Shown in pieces: positions 1 to 9,755 of a stretch of DNA of 64,000 bases. The notes under the pieces are model-generated. The model made no database searches and was not told the DNA's origin. It was given only the letters and a program-made list of their open reading frames with translations. The translations under genes were made by a program, and so were the position numbers. This DNA is from Oligoflexia bacterium (GTDB lineage: Bacteria; Bdellovibrionota; UBA1018). Each line of letters begins with the position of its first letter. Position 1 is the stretch's first letter. The DNA lies in NCBI GenBank assembly GCA_963758495.1, contig CAVWVI010000003.1, forward strand, positions 480,001-544,000. Reading direction: 5' to 3'.

Positions 1-251
1 GCAGAAACTAAAATGACCTTCGTATGAATATTATTACTTTCTTTGATCTTTCGACAAATATCATAGCCATTCATCCCACTCATCATAATATCCAAAAGCA
101 CTATATCAGGCATAAATTCATTTACTTTTTGAAGAGCTTCGTCACCATTTGAAGCAGAACTCAGCTCACACATATCTTTGAGTAGATGTTTTAAAATATC
201 TATATTTCTAGGATCATCATCTACTGCCAATATTTTTCCAAAACCACTCAT
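1..251 (-). CDS. Response regulator receiver domain (partial, runs off window start)
   Basis: Own translation: MSGFGKILAVDDDPRNIDIL...PDIVLLDIMMSGMNGYDICRKIK...VILVSA. ATG at 251 overlaps the kinase stop (ATGA). Not in the ORF track. Confidence 0.9.
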   Translation of the reverse strand, partial: MSGFGKILAVDDDPRNIDILKHLLKDMCELSSASNGDEALQKVNEFMPDIVLLDIMMSGMNGYDICRKIKESNNIHTKVILVS

Positions 252-1975
252 ATAACCTCTTTTACTGGAATAATAAAAACGAACTCCGTGTCGTTGTTAT
301 TCTTATTTTGCGCAAAAATCTGACCATGATGAGCGGTTATGATTTCTTCAGAAATTGCCAAACCTAATCCCGTTCCACCAGCGCCTGAGCTCGTCCTACT
401 GCTTTGAACGAATTTATCAAAAATAGTACGCAATTCAAGCTCTGGAATTCCAACGCCAGCATTTATTATAGAAACCGATACTGCATCCCCCACCGGCAAT
501 GACGCCGCTTTTATCTCGATCCTAATCTGAGTCCCTTCGTAAGAGAATTTAATTGCATTCGAAATTAAATTTCTTAAAACTTGCTTAATTTTCTCCTTAT
601 CACAACAGACCACTGTAGAAATACCTGAAGTCTTTACTTCAAAGGATAATTTTTTATTAGCAAAAAGCGCATTAAACTCAGCACATACCGAATCTACACA
701 GAACTTCAAATCATATGGATTATAACGATATTCTATTTTTCCAGATTCTAACTTTGAAAGGTCCAACAAATTATTCAACAACTCCAACAAACTATGACTA
801 CTCTCTATGATTTGATTAAAATAATTTTGAATGGTCTTTTGAGACGCCGAAAACACTTCTTTTTTTCCAAAATTAGCATAACTTAAAATACCATGCATCG
901 GGGTCCTGAGCTCATGAGACATATTTGCTAAAAATATAGATTTAGCTTCATTCGCTGCTTCGGCTACCTCTTTCGCTTTTCGTAATTCATACTCAGACTT
1001 CTTTCGGTCACTAATATCATGAACCATAAGGATAAACACTTTCCAATTTCCCAAATAGGCTGCACTCACACCCAACTCCACGGGCAGAGTCATAAGATCC
1101 TTTCTTAAAGCTACGGTATCAATGCGATGGCCTATCAGTTCTCTGATATTTAAACTTTCAATATTTATAATTTTTCCAATTTCTGCGATCAAGACATCCC
1201 CAGCCAAGAGCGTCTTAAACGACATCTTCTTAATCTCAGCTTCGCTAAAACCAAAAATACGTTCTGCAGCAGGGTTAAACGATTCAATCACGCCATGATG
1301 ATCTACTGTAATGACTCCATTTGTAACGTTATCCACGACAGCTCTCACTCTCGCGTTTGCCTCAGCTATCTTTATATTTTGCTCTTCAATCATTCCTAAA
1401 GTTTGTTGCTTAATAGATTCATAAATTAGAGTTAATGCTAAAATAAGCGATAATAGTGCCTCTAATACGCTGAGTTGAAGATATTTCATTTGCTGAAGAG
1501 GCAATGAATACGAAGGACGATAATTCAACTGATCAGCTACAAACCAAATTATAATTTCTAAAAATGTGATCACCGCCCACACAATTCCTGAACGGGCACC
1601 TACTAAACAAATAGCAACCATCGGGATTGCTACTTTCCACATGAGAGGCGGCGAACCACTCCCTCCACTGATGTAAGTCGCGTAAGAGAGAACTAAAAAT
1701 AAATCGAAGGTAATCGCATTTCCAGCCAGAGCAATCGAACCTGTCCACTTCAATAAAAATGGAACCAAAAGAGCACCTATGGCCGACAAAGCGATTCCAA
1801 CTCCACCCCTTCGTGAGTTTAAAACAAAATAGTAAAACATCGAAAATGGAATGCCGCCCACTAGTAACAATGCGAACGAAAATGTAATCGTTAATTTAGC
1901 GTGGCGTCGCGACTCAGAACCTTTAACATCGAGTGATTTAGGAATAAAGTAATCGAAAAAATCACGAATTACCAC
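248..1975 (-). CDS. Multi-TM sensor histidine kinase with PAS domain
   Basis: About 6 N-terminal hydrophobic helices; PAS (FNPAAERIFG); H-box FLANMSHELRTP; N-box NLISNAIKF; G2 GGTGLGLAI. Confidence 0.95.
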   Translation of the reverse strand: MVIRDFFDYFIPKSLDVKGSESRRHAKLTITFSFALLLVGGIPFSMFYYFVLNSRRGGVGIALSAIGALLVPFLLKWTGSIALAGNAITFDLFLVLSYATYISGGSGSPPLMWKVAIPMVAICLVGARSGIVWAVITFLEIIIWFVADQLNYRPSYSLPLQQMKYLQLSVLEALLSLILALTLIYESIKQQTLGMIEEQNIKIAEANARVRAVVDNVTNGVITVDHHGVIESFNPAAERIFGFSEAEIKKMSFKTLLAGDVLIAEIGKIINIESLNIRELIGHRIDTVALRKDLMTLPVELGVSAAYLGNWKVFILMVHDISDRKKSEYELRKAKEVAEAANEAKSIFLANMSHELRTPMHGILSYANFGKKEVFSASQKTIQNYFNQIIESSHSLLELLNNLLDLSKLESGKIEYRYNPYDLKFCVDSVCAEFNALFANKKLSFEVKTSGISTVVCCDKEKIKQVLRNLISNAIKFSYEGTQIRIEIKAASLPVGDAVSVSIINAGVGIPELELRTIFDKFVQSSRTSSGAGGTGLGLAISEEIITAHHGQIFAQNKNNNDTEFVFIIPVKEVI

Positions 1976-3807
1976 TTCATCCCCAAAAAATAGAACAATG
2001 CCTTACGGGAAGCAAACTTCCATTTTAAATAGGCTAACGTTTTTACGCTGAGATTATATCCCATTTTTCCTTCAATAAATAAATCTCGAGAAGCCCTTCT
2101 TTTGACTTTTCCGCTGGAGGTTTTTGGCAAAAATCCTGGAGAAACAAAAATTACTTCTTCAACTTTTAGCCCGAATCCCAAATGAACTGACGCAATGATC
2201 TCTTTCCGTATTTCATTCTGAGATCGCCATACCCGAGGATTTATTTCAGCAGCAATATAAAGTGATTCCGTACCTTCATTATTTTTATTAGAAAAAGCAA
2301 CGACCCTTCCCACTCTCAGTCCCTTAATTTTAGAAAGTCGTGCTTCAATATCAGAAGGAATAAAATTTTGACCCGCGACGATAATTAAATCCTTTAAACG
2401 ATCTAGCACAAAAAGCTCACCATTAGCTATATACCCAAGATCTCCAGTACGTAATTGCTCTCTTGGTTTTTTCTGAAGATCATTCTTTTTAAAATAATAA
2501 GGTGAAATAGATGGACCTTTCGCTACAATTTCACCTACAGATCGCTCTGGCAATTCAATAATATTTTCAGAATTTGGATCGCAAATCTTTAAGAAGTGAT
2601 TAGGAAGTACTTTCCCTACCGAGACAAACGATAATGAATTTTCAGAAAGTGGATCCGTAGGTACCGCACGTTTTTCATTAATCAACTTCAATCGATCTAC
2701 ACAATCATACCGGGTTTCAGTATTACTCGCAGGAAAAGATAAAGCTAAAGTCGTTTCAGCCATTCCATAAACCGGATAAAAGCTGGTCGATCGAAATCCG
2801 TATTTTCTAAATTTTTGAATAAAGCCTTGAGCAGTTTCTACATCAATAGGTTCTGCTCCTATAAATGCTAACCGCCAACTAGATAAATCAAGCCCGGAGA
2901 GATCTCGATCAGAAATTTTTTTTAGTGCAATATTATATGCGAACGTAGGACCTACTGAATAAGTGATTTTAAAATGATCAATCCCCTTTAACCATGCTAC
3001 AGGACGAGTAATAAAAGTAAGTGGAGAGAAAATATACGAGGGGATTCTCCAATATATTGTAAAAAACAAACTACCGACCAATCCCATATCGTGATAAAGA
3101 GGAAGCCAAGACAAGAGTCGATCAGTTTTGGAATTCACTTTACTCGCAATCCCCATTGCAAAGAGATTCGCTGCAAGGTTTTCGTGCGTAATAACTACAC
3201 CTTTTGGATTTCCCGTACTTCCAGAAGTGTATTGAATAAATGCGATATCGCATAAAGGTTGAACAGGGAAAGAAGCGCAAGCTTCCTTAGTAGGGTCCAT
3301 CAAAGTCGACTTGATATAGATTTCATCCACCTCTACTACAGGAACATGAAAATCCGTTTCCCCCATATGCCGATTCCAAAGAATTGAATTTTCAATAATA
3401 ATGAGACTTGGATCACAATCCTTCTGAACAAGACGAATGCGCTTTATAAATTCATCAGGTACTCCAAAATCAGAAAAAGTAGGGAGTGGAACTATGATAA
3501 AGCCTTCTATCATGGCTCCTAATATGCAGGAAAGAAATGCATGTGGATCTGAAACGCAAAGGATAATTCGATCTCCCTGCTTAAGACCATATACAGATTG
3601 CATAATCTGAGCATAACTCCGTGCTCTCGCTGCAAGTTCTTCATAGGATAGAGGCAAGTCCAAAAATCCCGCCCCCTTAAGACTGACTTTCGAACAGGCC
3701 AGAGCTTTAGGACAAAAAGCGACGTTCTCGGAAAATCGAGATAACAAAGTGGGAAACTGGCTTTGATTCGCATTAAACTCTACGGAGTTTTGTTTTTCAA
3801 CCAACAC
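1969..3807 (-). CDS. Fatty acyl-AMP ligase (FAAL)
   Basis: YTSGSTGNPKG, SWLPLYHDMGL, GAEP, YGMAE, RTGDLG and LPKTSSGK motifs; FAAL-type insertion (VDRLKLINEKRAVP); ACP gene in the same operon. Confidence 0.9.
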   Translation of the reverse strand: MLVEKQNSVEFNANQSQFPTLLSRFSENVAFCPKALACSKVSLKGAGFLDLPLSYEELAARARSYAQIMQSVYGLKQGDRIILCVSDPHAFLSCILGAMIEGFIIVPLPTFSDFGVPDEFIKRIRLVQKDCDPSLIIIENSILWNRHMGETDFHVPVVEVDEIYIKSTLMDPTKEACASFPVQPLCDIAFIQYTSGSTGNPKGVVITHENLAANLFAMGIASKVNSKTDRLLSWLPLYHDMGLVGSLFFTIYWRIPSYIFSPLTFITRPVAWLKGIDHFKITYSVGPTFAYNIALKKISDRDLSGLDLSSWRLAFIGAEPIDVETAQGFIQKFRKYGFRSTSFYPVYGMAETTLALSFPASNTETRYDCVDRLKLINEKRAVPTDPLSENSLSFVSVGKVLPNHFLKICDPNSENIIELPERSVGEIVAKGPSISPYYFKKNDLQKKPREQLRTGDLGYIANGELFVLDRLKDLIIVAGQNFIPSDIEARLSKIKGLRVGRVVAFSNKNNEGTESLYIAAEINPRVWRSQNEIRKEIIASVHLGFGLKVEEVIFVSPGFLPKTSSGKVKRRASRDLFIEGKMGYNLSVKTLAYLKWKFASRKALFYFLGMKW

Positions 3808-4552
3808 TCATTCCTCCATCTACTCTGATGGTAGCGCCTGTCAAATAATCTGTTTGACACGTGACCAAAAAATACACGACCTCTGCAATCTCATCGGCTT
3901 CTCCTAGTCTAACTTTAGGGATTTTTGATAAAATAAATTTCTCAACTAAAGCCTTTTCTCCTGAAAGCATCGATGTGTCACAATAGCCAGGAGCAATCGC
4001 ATTAACAACGATTCCCTGATCCGCTAATTCTCGAGCGGCTGAATAAGTAGCAGCAATAATTCCTGCCTTTGATGCTGCATAGACCGAAGCAAGACCAGCC
4101 CCTCTCTCTCCTGCGACTGAAGCAATGTTAATAATTCTCCCTCGAGTTTGGTTGGCCATAATAGGAGCAAATACCCCCATGCAACTCAAAGTGCCGTAGA
4201 GATTAACATCAAGTACTCGCTGAATTTTTGAATCTTCCATCATCAACAAGGGTGTTCTAATAAATATTCCTGCGTTATTTACTAAAACATCTGCCCGACC
4301 ATAGGCGGATAAGGTTTTTTCTGCTACCTTTTCAATATCACTACGAACTGTCACATCCATTTCAGCAACCAATAAGTTTGAGTTTGAGTTTGAGTTAAAG
4401 TCCGATTGAATTTTTTCTAATCCAACTGTTGAAATATCTGTGGCGACGACATAAAAATCGTTTAAAAGTAATTTTCTAATGATTGCATAACCAATACCAC
4501 CAGCTGCGCCAGTCACCACCGCCACACAACGATCAGATTTATTATAATTCAC
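3797..4552 (-). CDS. SDR oxidoreductase, FabG/3-oxoacyl-ACP reductase-like
   Basis: TGAAGGIG, NNAG, YAASK, VNAIAPG and VDGG motifs. Confidence 0.9.
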   Translation of the reverse strand: MNYNKSDRCVAVVTGAAGGIGYAIIRKLLLNDFYVVATDISTVGLEKIQSDFNSNSNSNLLVAEMDVTVRSDIEKVAEKTLSAYGRADVLVNNAGIFIRTPLLMMEDSKIQRVLDVNLYGTLSCMGVFAPIMANQTRGRIINIASVAGERGAGLASVYAASKAGIIAATYSAARELADQGIVVNAIAPGYCDTSMLSGEKALVEKFILSKIPKVRLGEADEIAEVVYFLVTCQTDYLTGATIRVDGGMSVG

Positions 4553-6402
4553 AAATAGAACTCCTTCTCCTGTGCACTAAATTGCTTCGCCAAAACTAAA
4601 TCCTCTGAGCTCACCCAGGAGCTAAACTGCTTCGATCGCCCAAGTGCCTCTTGAATCCTTTGCCGGAAGAGATATTTACAAAGGCTCCCGTGAAGCAAAG
4701 GAAAATCAAGTAACTCTCTCGCAATTAAATCTATTACCGCAGGATGAGTTACTGTCCTATCTTTGAAGCAACGCTGGATTGCTGCCAACAAAGAAATAGT
4801 CATGGCATCTATAATTCCCAACTCAAATCGACCTTTACGGTAGTCCGCTTGGGCTAATTTATTTAACTGTTGAGTCACTTTTCCTATTGGAATACTCTTT
4901 TTAACAACCGGTGAATGACTGAGTAGGAGTTTAGTCAACTGGCTAGAATCGAAATTTTTAAGAATAGAGCTAAGACGACGACAAAATCCAAACTCCCTAA
5001 GACTAAAATCTACATTCTCTGGACTCCCGCCTCTTGCGCAATACATAAGAAGTGGAGTTACATATGCAACTAGTAAGCGATTAATCGCATATTGGTTTTG
5101 TGGTCTTGTAACTATTGTTCGAAATCCTGCATTTGAAAGATATCGAAAGAGAGCTCGTGTAGACTCCGTAGCCTCACCTTCTAACGCGATCTCGACCAGA
5201 TCTTGTTTACTAGGATAAAGAGGATTATAGAGATTAACAGACGCAGATTTTGTATTTTCCCATTCCTGTAAATCTCCAAAACGAATCACATAGGCGTACT
5301 TGTCTTTTATCTTCGGTGTTTTTACATAAAGATGAAAGATCGATGTCCCTGGATCACCTTGCGATCTTACATTTAATGAGGAAATTAAATCAATCTTGGC
5401 TCCTCTCATTTTTCGCCTTTTTAAATCTCTCTGAAGTAGCAAGAGTCGTGAAGAGTCGTTTGAAAATAGAACTTTCCATTGAGTTGCCTCATTTTGCTCT
5501 CCTCTAAGACAAATCCCCTGCACCGATTGACGAATAAAGAAAAATGAAAGGGCAGCTTTCGATATAGGATTCATTACTGACTTCCCAGCACAAGCAAGTT
5601 CAAGATGGTAGTCACTTTCCTGAATTTGACTCTTAACTGAGGCACTTTTCATTAAATTAAAACAGTCACGATAGACTTCATGATAAGCAGGAGGAAGTGC
5701 AACAATTCTTTTTTCATTTTTTTGAAGCAAAGACTTTGTTTGACTTGGAGTTAATAGCACTCGTCTTTGCTTTCTTTTTTTTAATTCCTTTTTAGCCTTG
5801 ATCGCCTTTTGAACGAAGGAATCTACATTGACTTGAAACTCAGAGTCATTAAATACATCATCGACCAGGCCATTACGTTTTGCGACTTGAGATGACCATT
5901 TTTCACCCCACAGTAAAAAATCAACTGCCTTATTGAGTCCCACCAACCGAGGGAGATTCTGAGTCGCTCCAAAGGCTGGGATAAAGAGATAATCATGGAT
6001 TTCAGTCATATAAAAATGACTATCAACGGTATTTGCAACAAGGCGGTAATCACAATTCAAAACAAACTCGACCCCACACCCGTAACAGTTACCTTGGATT
6101 GCAGCGAATGTAGGTACTTTTGCCGCTTTTACACTTTGATAAGCTCGACGAATTCCTGCAGTTAACTTCAGTGCATCCTCTGGAGTGTGGACTGCGCTTG
6201 CTAACAGTAAACCCACTCCATTGATAAAACTACCTGATTTAGAGCTTTGAAATACTACTGCTTCAACCGGCTCTTTCTCAATAGAAAGCATAGCCTGCTC
6301 CACTTGGGTTGCTGTAGCATTATCTAAAATATTCACAGCAGAACCAAGAGTATTAAAATTTACATAAAGTATCCCATTTTTCCGCTCTAGTGTAAGAGAC
6401 AT
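4549..6402 (-). CDS. Crotonase/enoyl-CoA hydratase, FadJ-like N-terminus with divergent C-terminal half
   Basis: SFINGVGL, GNCYGCGVEFVL and MTE...PAFGATQNLPRLVG match the FadJ hydratase domain; no GxGxxG dinucleotide motif in the C-terminal half. Confidence 0.8.
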   Translation of the reverse strand: MSLTLERKNGILYVNFNTLGSAVNILDNATATQVEQAMLSIEKEPVEAVVFQSSKSGSFINGVGLLLASAVHTPEDALKLTAGIRRAYQSVKAAKVPTFAAIQGNCYGCGVEFVLNCDYRLVANTVDSHFYMTEIHDYLFIPAFGATQNLPRLVGLNKAVDFLLWGEKWSSQVAKRNGLVDDVFNDSEFQVNVDSFVQKAIKAKKELKKRKQRRVLLTPSQTKSLLQKNEKRIVALPPAYHEVYRDCFNLMKSASVKSQIQESDYHLELACAGKSVMNPISKAALSFFFIRQSVQGICLRGEQNEATQWKVLFSNDSSRLLLLQRDLKRRKMRGAKIDLISSLNVRSQGDPGTSIFHLYVKTPKIKDKYAYVIRFGDLQEWENTKSASVNLYNPLYPSKQDLVEIALEGEATESTRALFRYLSNAGFRTIVTRPQNQYAINRLLVAYVTPLLMYCARGGSPENVDFSLREFGFCRRLSSILKNFDSSQLTKLLLSHSPVVKKSIPIGKVTQQLNKLAQADYRKGRFELGIIDAMTISLLAAIQRCFKDRTVTHPAVIDLIARELLDFPLLHGSLCKYLFRQRIQEALGRSKQFSSWVSSEDLVLAKQFSAQEKEFYL

Positions 6403-6403
6403 A

Positions 6404-6676
6404 TTAAGTATTCCGGCTCAATACATCATGAATATATTCACACAAAGAGCTAATAGTGAGTAACTGAGGATCATCGCACCTACTAATCCAATCATTTAAA
6501 AGAAGAGGTCGATTAAATTCATCTTCCAGTGCAAGAGAGAGCGACACCATTCTCAGCGAATTAAAGCCGAGCTTTGCTACAAAAGAATCTGCATCATTAA
6601 GTTCCACCTTTTTTCCCAAGGCAGCTAAGACCGCTTTTTTTACTTTTAAATTAATTTTATCATTCGTTAGTTCCAT
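6404..6676 (-). CDS. Acyl carrier protein
   Basis: 90 aa; LGFNSL phosphopantetheine Ser motif followed by LEDEF and TISSLCEYI. Confidence 0.85.
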   Translation of the reverse strand: MELTNDKINLKVKKAVLAALGKKVELNDADSFVAKLGFNSLRMVSLSLALEDEFNRPLLLNDWISRCDDPQLLTISSLCEYIHDVLSRNT

Positions 6677-6744
6677 GCTATTTCTGCCTTCCCACCCTGT
6701 TTACACAGGAAAAATTAATCATCTTTAATTATAAAATAATGAAT

Positions 6745-8088
6745 TTAATTACTTACCTTAGACAATCGATCCTTAATTAATCTCATTTTTACACCACCGG
6801 CTGGCGCTATTGTCACTGTACGTCTCACCGGGACAACAGGTTTATTTTCTAATAATTCAAGAGAATATCGCTTCAAAATCGTCGCTATTACTATTTTCAT
6901 TTCAGTCAATCCGAAAGCCATGCCAATACAGCGACGTACGCCGCCTCCGAAAGGTAGATACTCATGAGGGGTAAATCTCCGTTCCAAGAATCGTTCTGGC
7001 TTAAAAGAACCAGGATCTGGGTACAAATCTTCTCTATGATGAGTTAAATAAATACATGGAGTGATCTGCATTCCTGCATCAATAGTAAATTCTAATATTT
7101 TTACAGGAACTTGTACTCTTCGAGAGACCACAGGAATAACAGGATAAATCCTTAGAGTTTCCTTAACCACTGCATCGAGGTAGCTTAACTGATGAAGTGA
7201 ATCCAGCTTTTCATCTGTTCCATAGAAATCCAACTCTGAAATCAAGGTCTCTTGAACTCCTGGCGTACAATGAATCCAATAAAAAGCCCAAGTCAAAGCG
7301 GTAGCGGTAGTTTCATGCCCCGCTAAAAGAAGCGTGACAATCTCATCTCTCAACTCAATATCAGAGAATTTCCCAACATCAGAATGAGACGCAAGAAGTA
7401 GACTGAGAATATCTTCATTTTTTAGAGTGGCGTTCCCTCTCCGCTCTGTGATCTCGGCAAAGATCAGTACGTCTAATTGCGATGATCTCGTACGAAACTT
7501 TTCCCAAGCATGCCAAAGCCCTGAATCACTTTTATCAGGGACACTCACTAAAGTACTAAAGCTTGCAGAATCCAAAAGAGGGACTAAAAGCGTTTTCATA
7601 TCCGAAATGCGTGTACATTCTTCACCAAACACTGATTGTAAAATAATTTCTAATGAAATATCCAACATCAGAGAATGCACATTAAAAGTTTGATTCAACT
7701 CATAAAAGGACAAAGCGCTCTCCACTACCTTCTTCATTAGCTTTCCATAGGCCCTCATGCGATCACCATGAAAAGCTGGACTCATAATCTTTCGATGCTG
7801 CATATGGGGACAGGCATCCAACAATAAAAGAGAACACTCTCCCAAAAAGGGGCGTAAAATCGCATTTCCCTCGCCCGCATAAAAAACCTCGGGATCTCCC
7901 TTAAATACTTGTTGAATTGCATCAGGATGACTAAAAAATATATGTTTACCCAAGCCCTTGAACTCTAATGTAAATGCATCTCCATACCGCTTCTTACACT
8001 CCTGCATAAATGCAAAAGGGCGAGAAAACCATTGAAAGGTTTGTTCTTCAGGAGGAATTTCTGGGCCTGATGGCAAAAAAACTTCCAT
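6745..8088 (-). CDS. Cytochrome P450 (CYP110-like)
   Basis: I-helix AGHETT, ETLR (ExxR), PERF and heme loop FGGGVRRCIG. Confidence 0.97.
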   Translation of the reverse strand: MEVFLPSGPEIPPEEQTFQWFSRPFAFMQECKKRYGDAFTLEFKGLGKHIFFSHPDAIQQVFKGDPEVFYAGEGNAILRPFLGECSLLLLDACPHMQHRKIMSPAFHGDRMRAYGKLMKKVVESALSFYELNQTFNVHSLMLDISLEIILQSVFGEECTRISDMKTLLVPLLDSASFSTLVSVPDKSDSGLWHAWEKFRTRSSQLDVLIFAEITERRGNATLKNEDILSLLLASHSDVGKFSDIELRDEIVTLLLAGHETTATALTWAFYWIHCTPGVQETLISELDFYGTDEKLDSLHQLSYLDAVVKETLRIYPVIPVVSRRVQVPVKILEFTIDAGMQITPCIYLTHHREDLYPDPGSFKPERFLERRFTPHEYLPFGGGVRRCIGMAFGLTEMKIVIATILKRYSLELLENKPVVPVRRTVTIAPAGGVKMRLIKDRLSKVSN

Positions 8089-8202
8089 ACTTATTCATTC
8101 TCATTGAGGAATGTTTTATTGCCAAGACGAAACTGAATTCAAATGGGTTAATTTTTCATTACCAGGATAAAAAGCGAAATTATGTGTATATTTTAAAGAG
8201 AA

Positions 8203-8592
8203 TTACCTACATACGGATTCTTCAATTTTCAATTGATATTTTTGAATTTTTTCAAGAGTTAAACTCATTTTATGAAATTGCTTAAACTCAGCAAACCCAT
8301 AGAACTCAACCCATAAATTTGCTATTTCGCTTAAGAGCGGCCTTATCCTCTTATACTTTGATTCGGCCCCCACTAAATCCATATGATTCTCTACTTCTTT
8401 TAAGCGATCCTCTGACCAGCCTTGCCAATCTCTATTATCTAAATTCAATAAATAGATTTGGGCCTCCTCCAGACTATGGTTCAATATTATAAAATCATGC
8501 GAGCATAGTTTTTTAACTGTTGGAAAACAACTGGTCAACATACTTAAAGTAAGAATCAAACTTCCAATAACTAGGATCCTGTTACTTTTCAC
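8203..8592 (-). CDS. Hypothetical lipoprotein
   Basis: Signal peptide ending in lipobox LTSC; GTG start 7 nt after a GCCGATGA element. Confidence 0.6.
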   Translation of the reverse strand: MKSNRILVIGSLILTLSMLTSCFPTVKKLCSHDFIILNHSLEEAQIYLLNLDNRDWQGWSEDRLKEVENHMDLVGAESKYKRIRPLLSEIANLWVEFYGFAEFKQFHKMSLTLEKIQKYQLKIEESVCR

Positions 8593-8599
8593 CTTACTC

Positions 8600-8607
8600 T
8601 CATCGGC
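8600..8607 (-). promoter_or_regulatory. sigma28-type -10 element (GCCGATGA), no clear -35
   Basis: Strong -10 match 7 nt before the GTG start; no TAAA/TCAA at the 15-nt spacing. Confidence 0.4.
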
Positions 8608-8709
8608 AAAATTTTCACTTTGGAAAATATTATAATTAGATTAATTTAATCAGACTAAAAACTGATTACAATAGTACAGTATAACTCTACGATTTTAATG
8701 AAATATTTT

Positions 8710-8736
8710 TAAAGTCGGCAAAATTTGCACCGATGA
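8710..8736 (+). promoter_or_regulatory. sigma28 (FliA) promoter of flagellin
   Basis: TAAA-N15-ACCGATGA; consensus is TAAA-N15-GCCGATAA. Confidence 0.85.
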
Positions 8737-8743
8737 GAGCTTT

Positions 8744-8810
8744 GTAGGTTAAGCAAGGAGCACCACCTACTCAATCATGGAGGAATAAGAGAATGATAAA
8801 ACTAGGAGGA
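8744..8810 (+). promoter_or_regulatory. Flagellin leader hairpin with CsrA-type GGA sites
   Basis: GTAGGT (8744-49) pairs with ACCTAC (8765-70) and encloses GC-AAGGA-GC; further ATGGAGGA and SD AGGAGGA follow. Confidence 0.55.
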
Positions 8811-8814
8811 TAAA

Positions 8815-9648
8815 ATGGGATTGCGTATCAATACAAATATTCAGGCTCTCACAGCTCAACGATTCTTGGGCATAAACAGTGAACGTCAAAAAAACTCTTT
8901 AGATCATCTGTCTTCTGGTTCGCGAATCAATAAAGCCGGGGACGATGCTGCAGGGCTCGCCATCAGCGAAAAATTAAAATCCGATATTCGCAGCTTAAGA
9001 CAGGCGACCCGAAACTCAAACGATGGAATCAGCCTGATCCAAACCGCAGAAGGCTCGTTGAATGAGATTGGTAATATTTTAGTCAGATTAAGGGAATTAT
9101 CGATTCAGGCTTCTTCTGATACCATTGGAAATCCAGAAAGACAGTTTGTCGATAAAGAAGTTCAACAATTGAAATCTGAAATCGATCGAATTTCCTCTAC
9201 CACAGAATTTGATGGTACTCGACTCTTGGACGGAAGCTCTCCTCCTCTTGAGTTTCAAGTGGGCATCCATAATAATCCACTCCAAGATCGATTTGTGTTC
9301 GACTCTGGAAGCCTTTCCTCTACCCTCGAAGCATTGAATTTAGGTGCTGTTACAACTACCACAAAGGAAGGCTCTCAACAAAACTTAAGTATGCTGGATG
9401 AAGCGATAGAACACATCAATGGAAATCGCGCTACTTTGGGTGCACTTCAAAATAGGATGCAATCCACCGTAGCCAATTTAAATACCTATCGAGAAAACAT
9501 TGAAGCAGCAAATAGTCGAATTCGAGATACTGACATAGCAGAAGAATCAAGTGAACTGGTCAGGGATAATATCTTAAATCAGACGAACGTCGCCATCCTC
9601 TCTCAAGCAAACCAATCGGCTCAATTGGCCCTCAAGCTGATTAGTTAA
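8815..9648 (+). CDS. fliC: Flagellin
   Basis: MGLRINTN...LSSGSRINKAGDDAAGLAIS at the N-terminus and SRIRDTD...QANQ at the C-terminus; 277 aa with almost no variable domain. Confidence 0.98.
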   Translation: MGLRINTNIQALTAQRFLGINSERQKNSLDHLSSGSRINKAGDDAAGLAISEKLKSDIRSLRQATRNSNDGISLIQTAEGSLNEIGNILVRLRELSIQASSDTIGNPERQFVDKEVQQLKSEIDRISSTTEFDGTRLLDGSSPPLEFQVGIHNNPLQDRFVFDSGSLSSTLEALNLGAVTTTTKEGSQQNLSMLDEAIEHINGNRATLGALQNRMQSTVANLNTYRENIEAANSRIRDTDIAEESSELVRDNILNQTNVAILSQANQSAQLALKLIS

Positions 9649-9687
9649 GAGGAAAAGAGTGAATCTTTTTAATAAGTGATACGCAAA

Positions 9688-9726
9688 AAGCGGGAATATC
9701 TATGGAAATGATGTTCCCGCTTGTTT
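9688..9726 (+). terminator. Intrinsic terminator after flagellin
   Basis: AAGCGGGAATATC / GATGTTCCCGCTT stem followed by GTTT. Confidence 0.7.
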
Positions 9727-9755
9727 CAATCCTGGCTTAGCCTTATAAGAGTGTC

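Noticed and set aside
8010..8285. 91-aa plus-strand ORF, and the many other short ORFs nested in or antisense to long genes
   Set aside because: They overlap well-supported CDSs and have no family features; treated as shadows.
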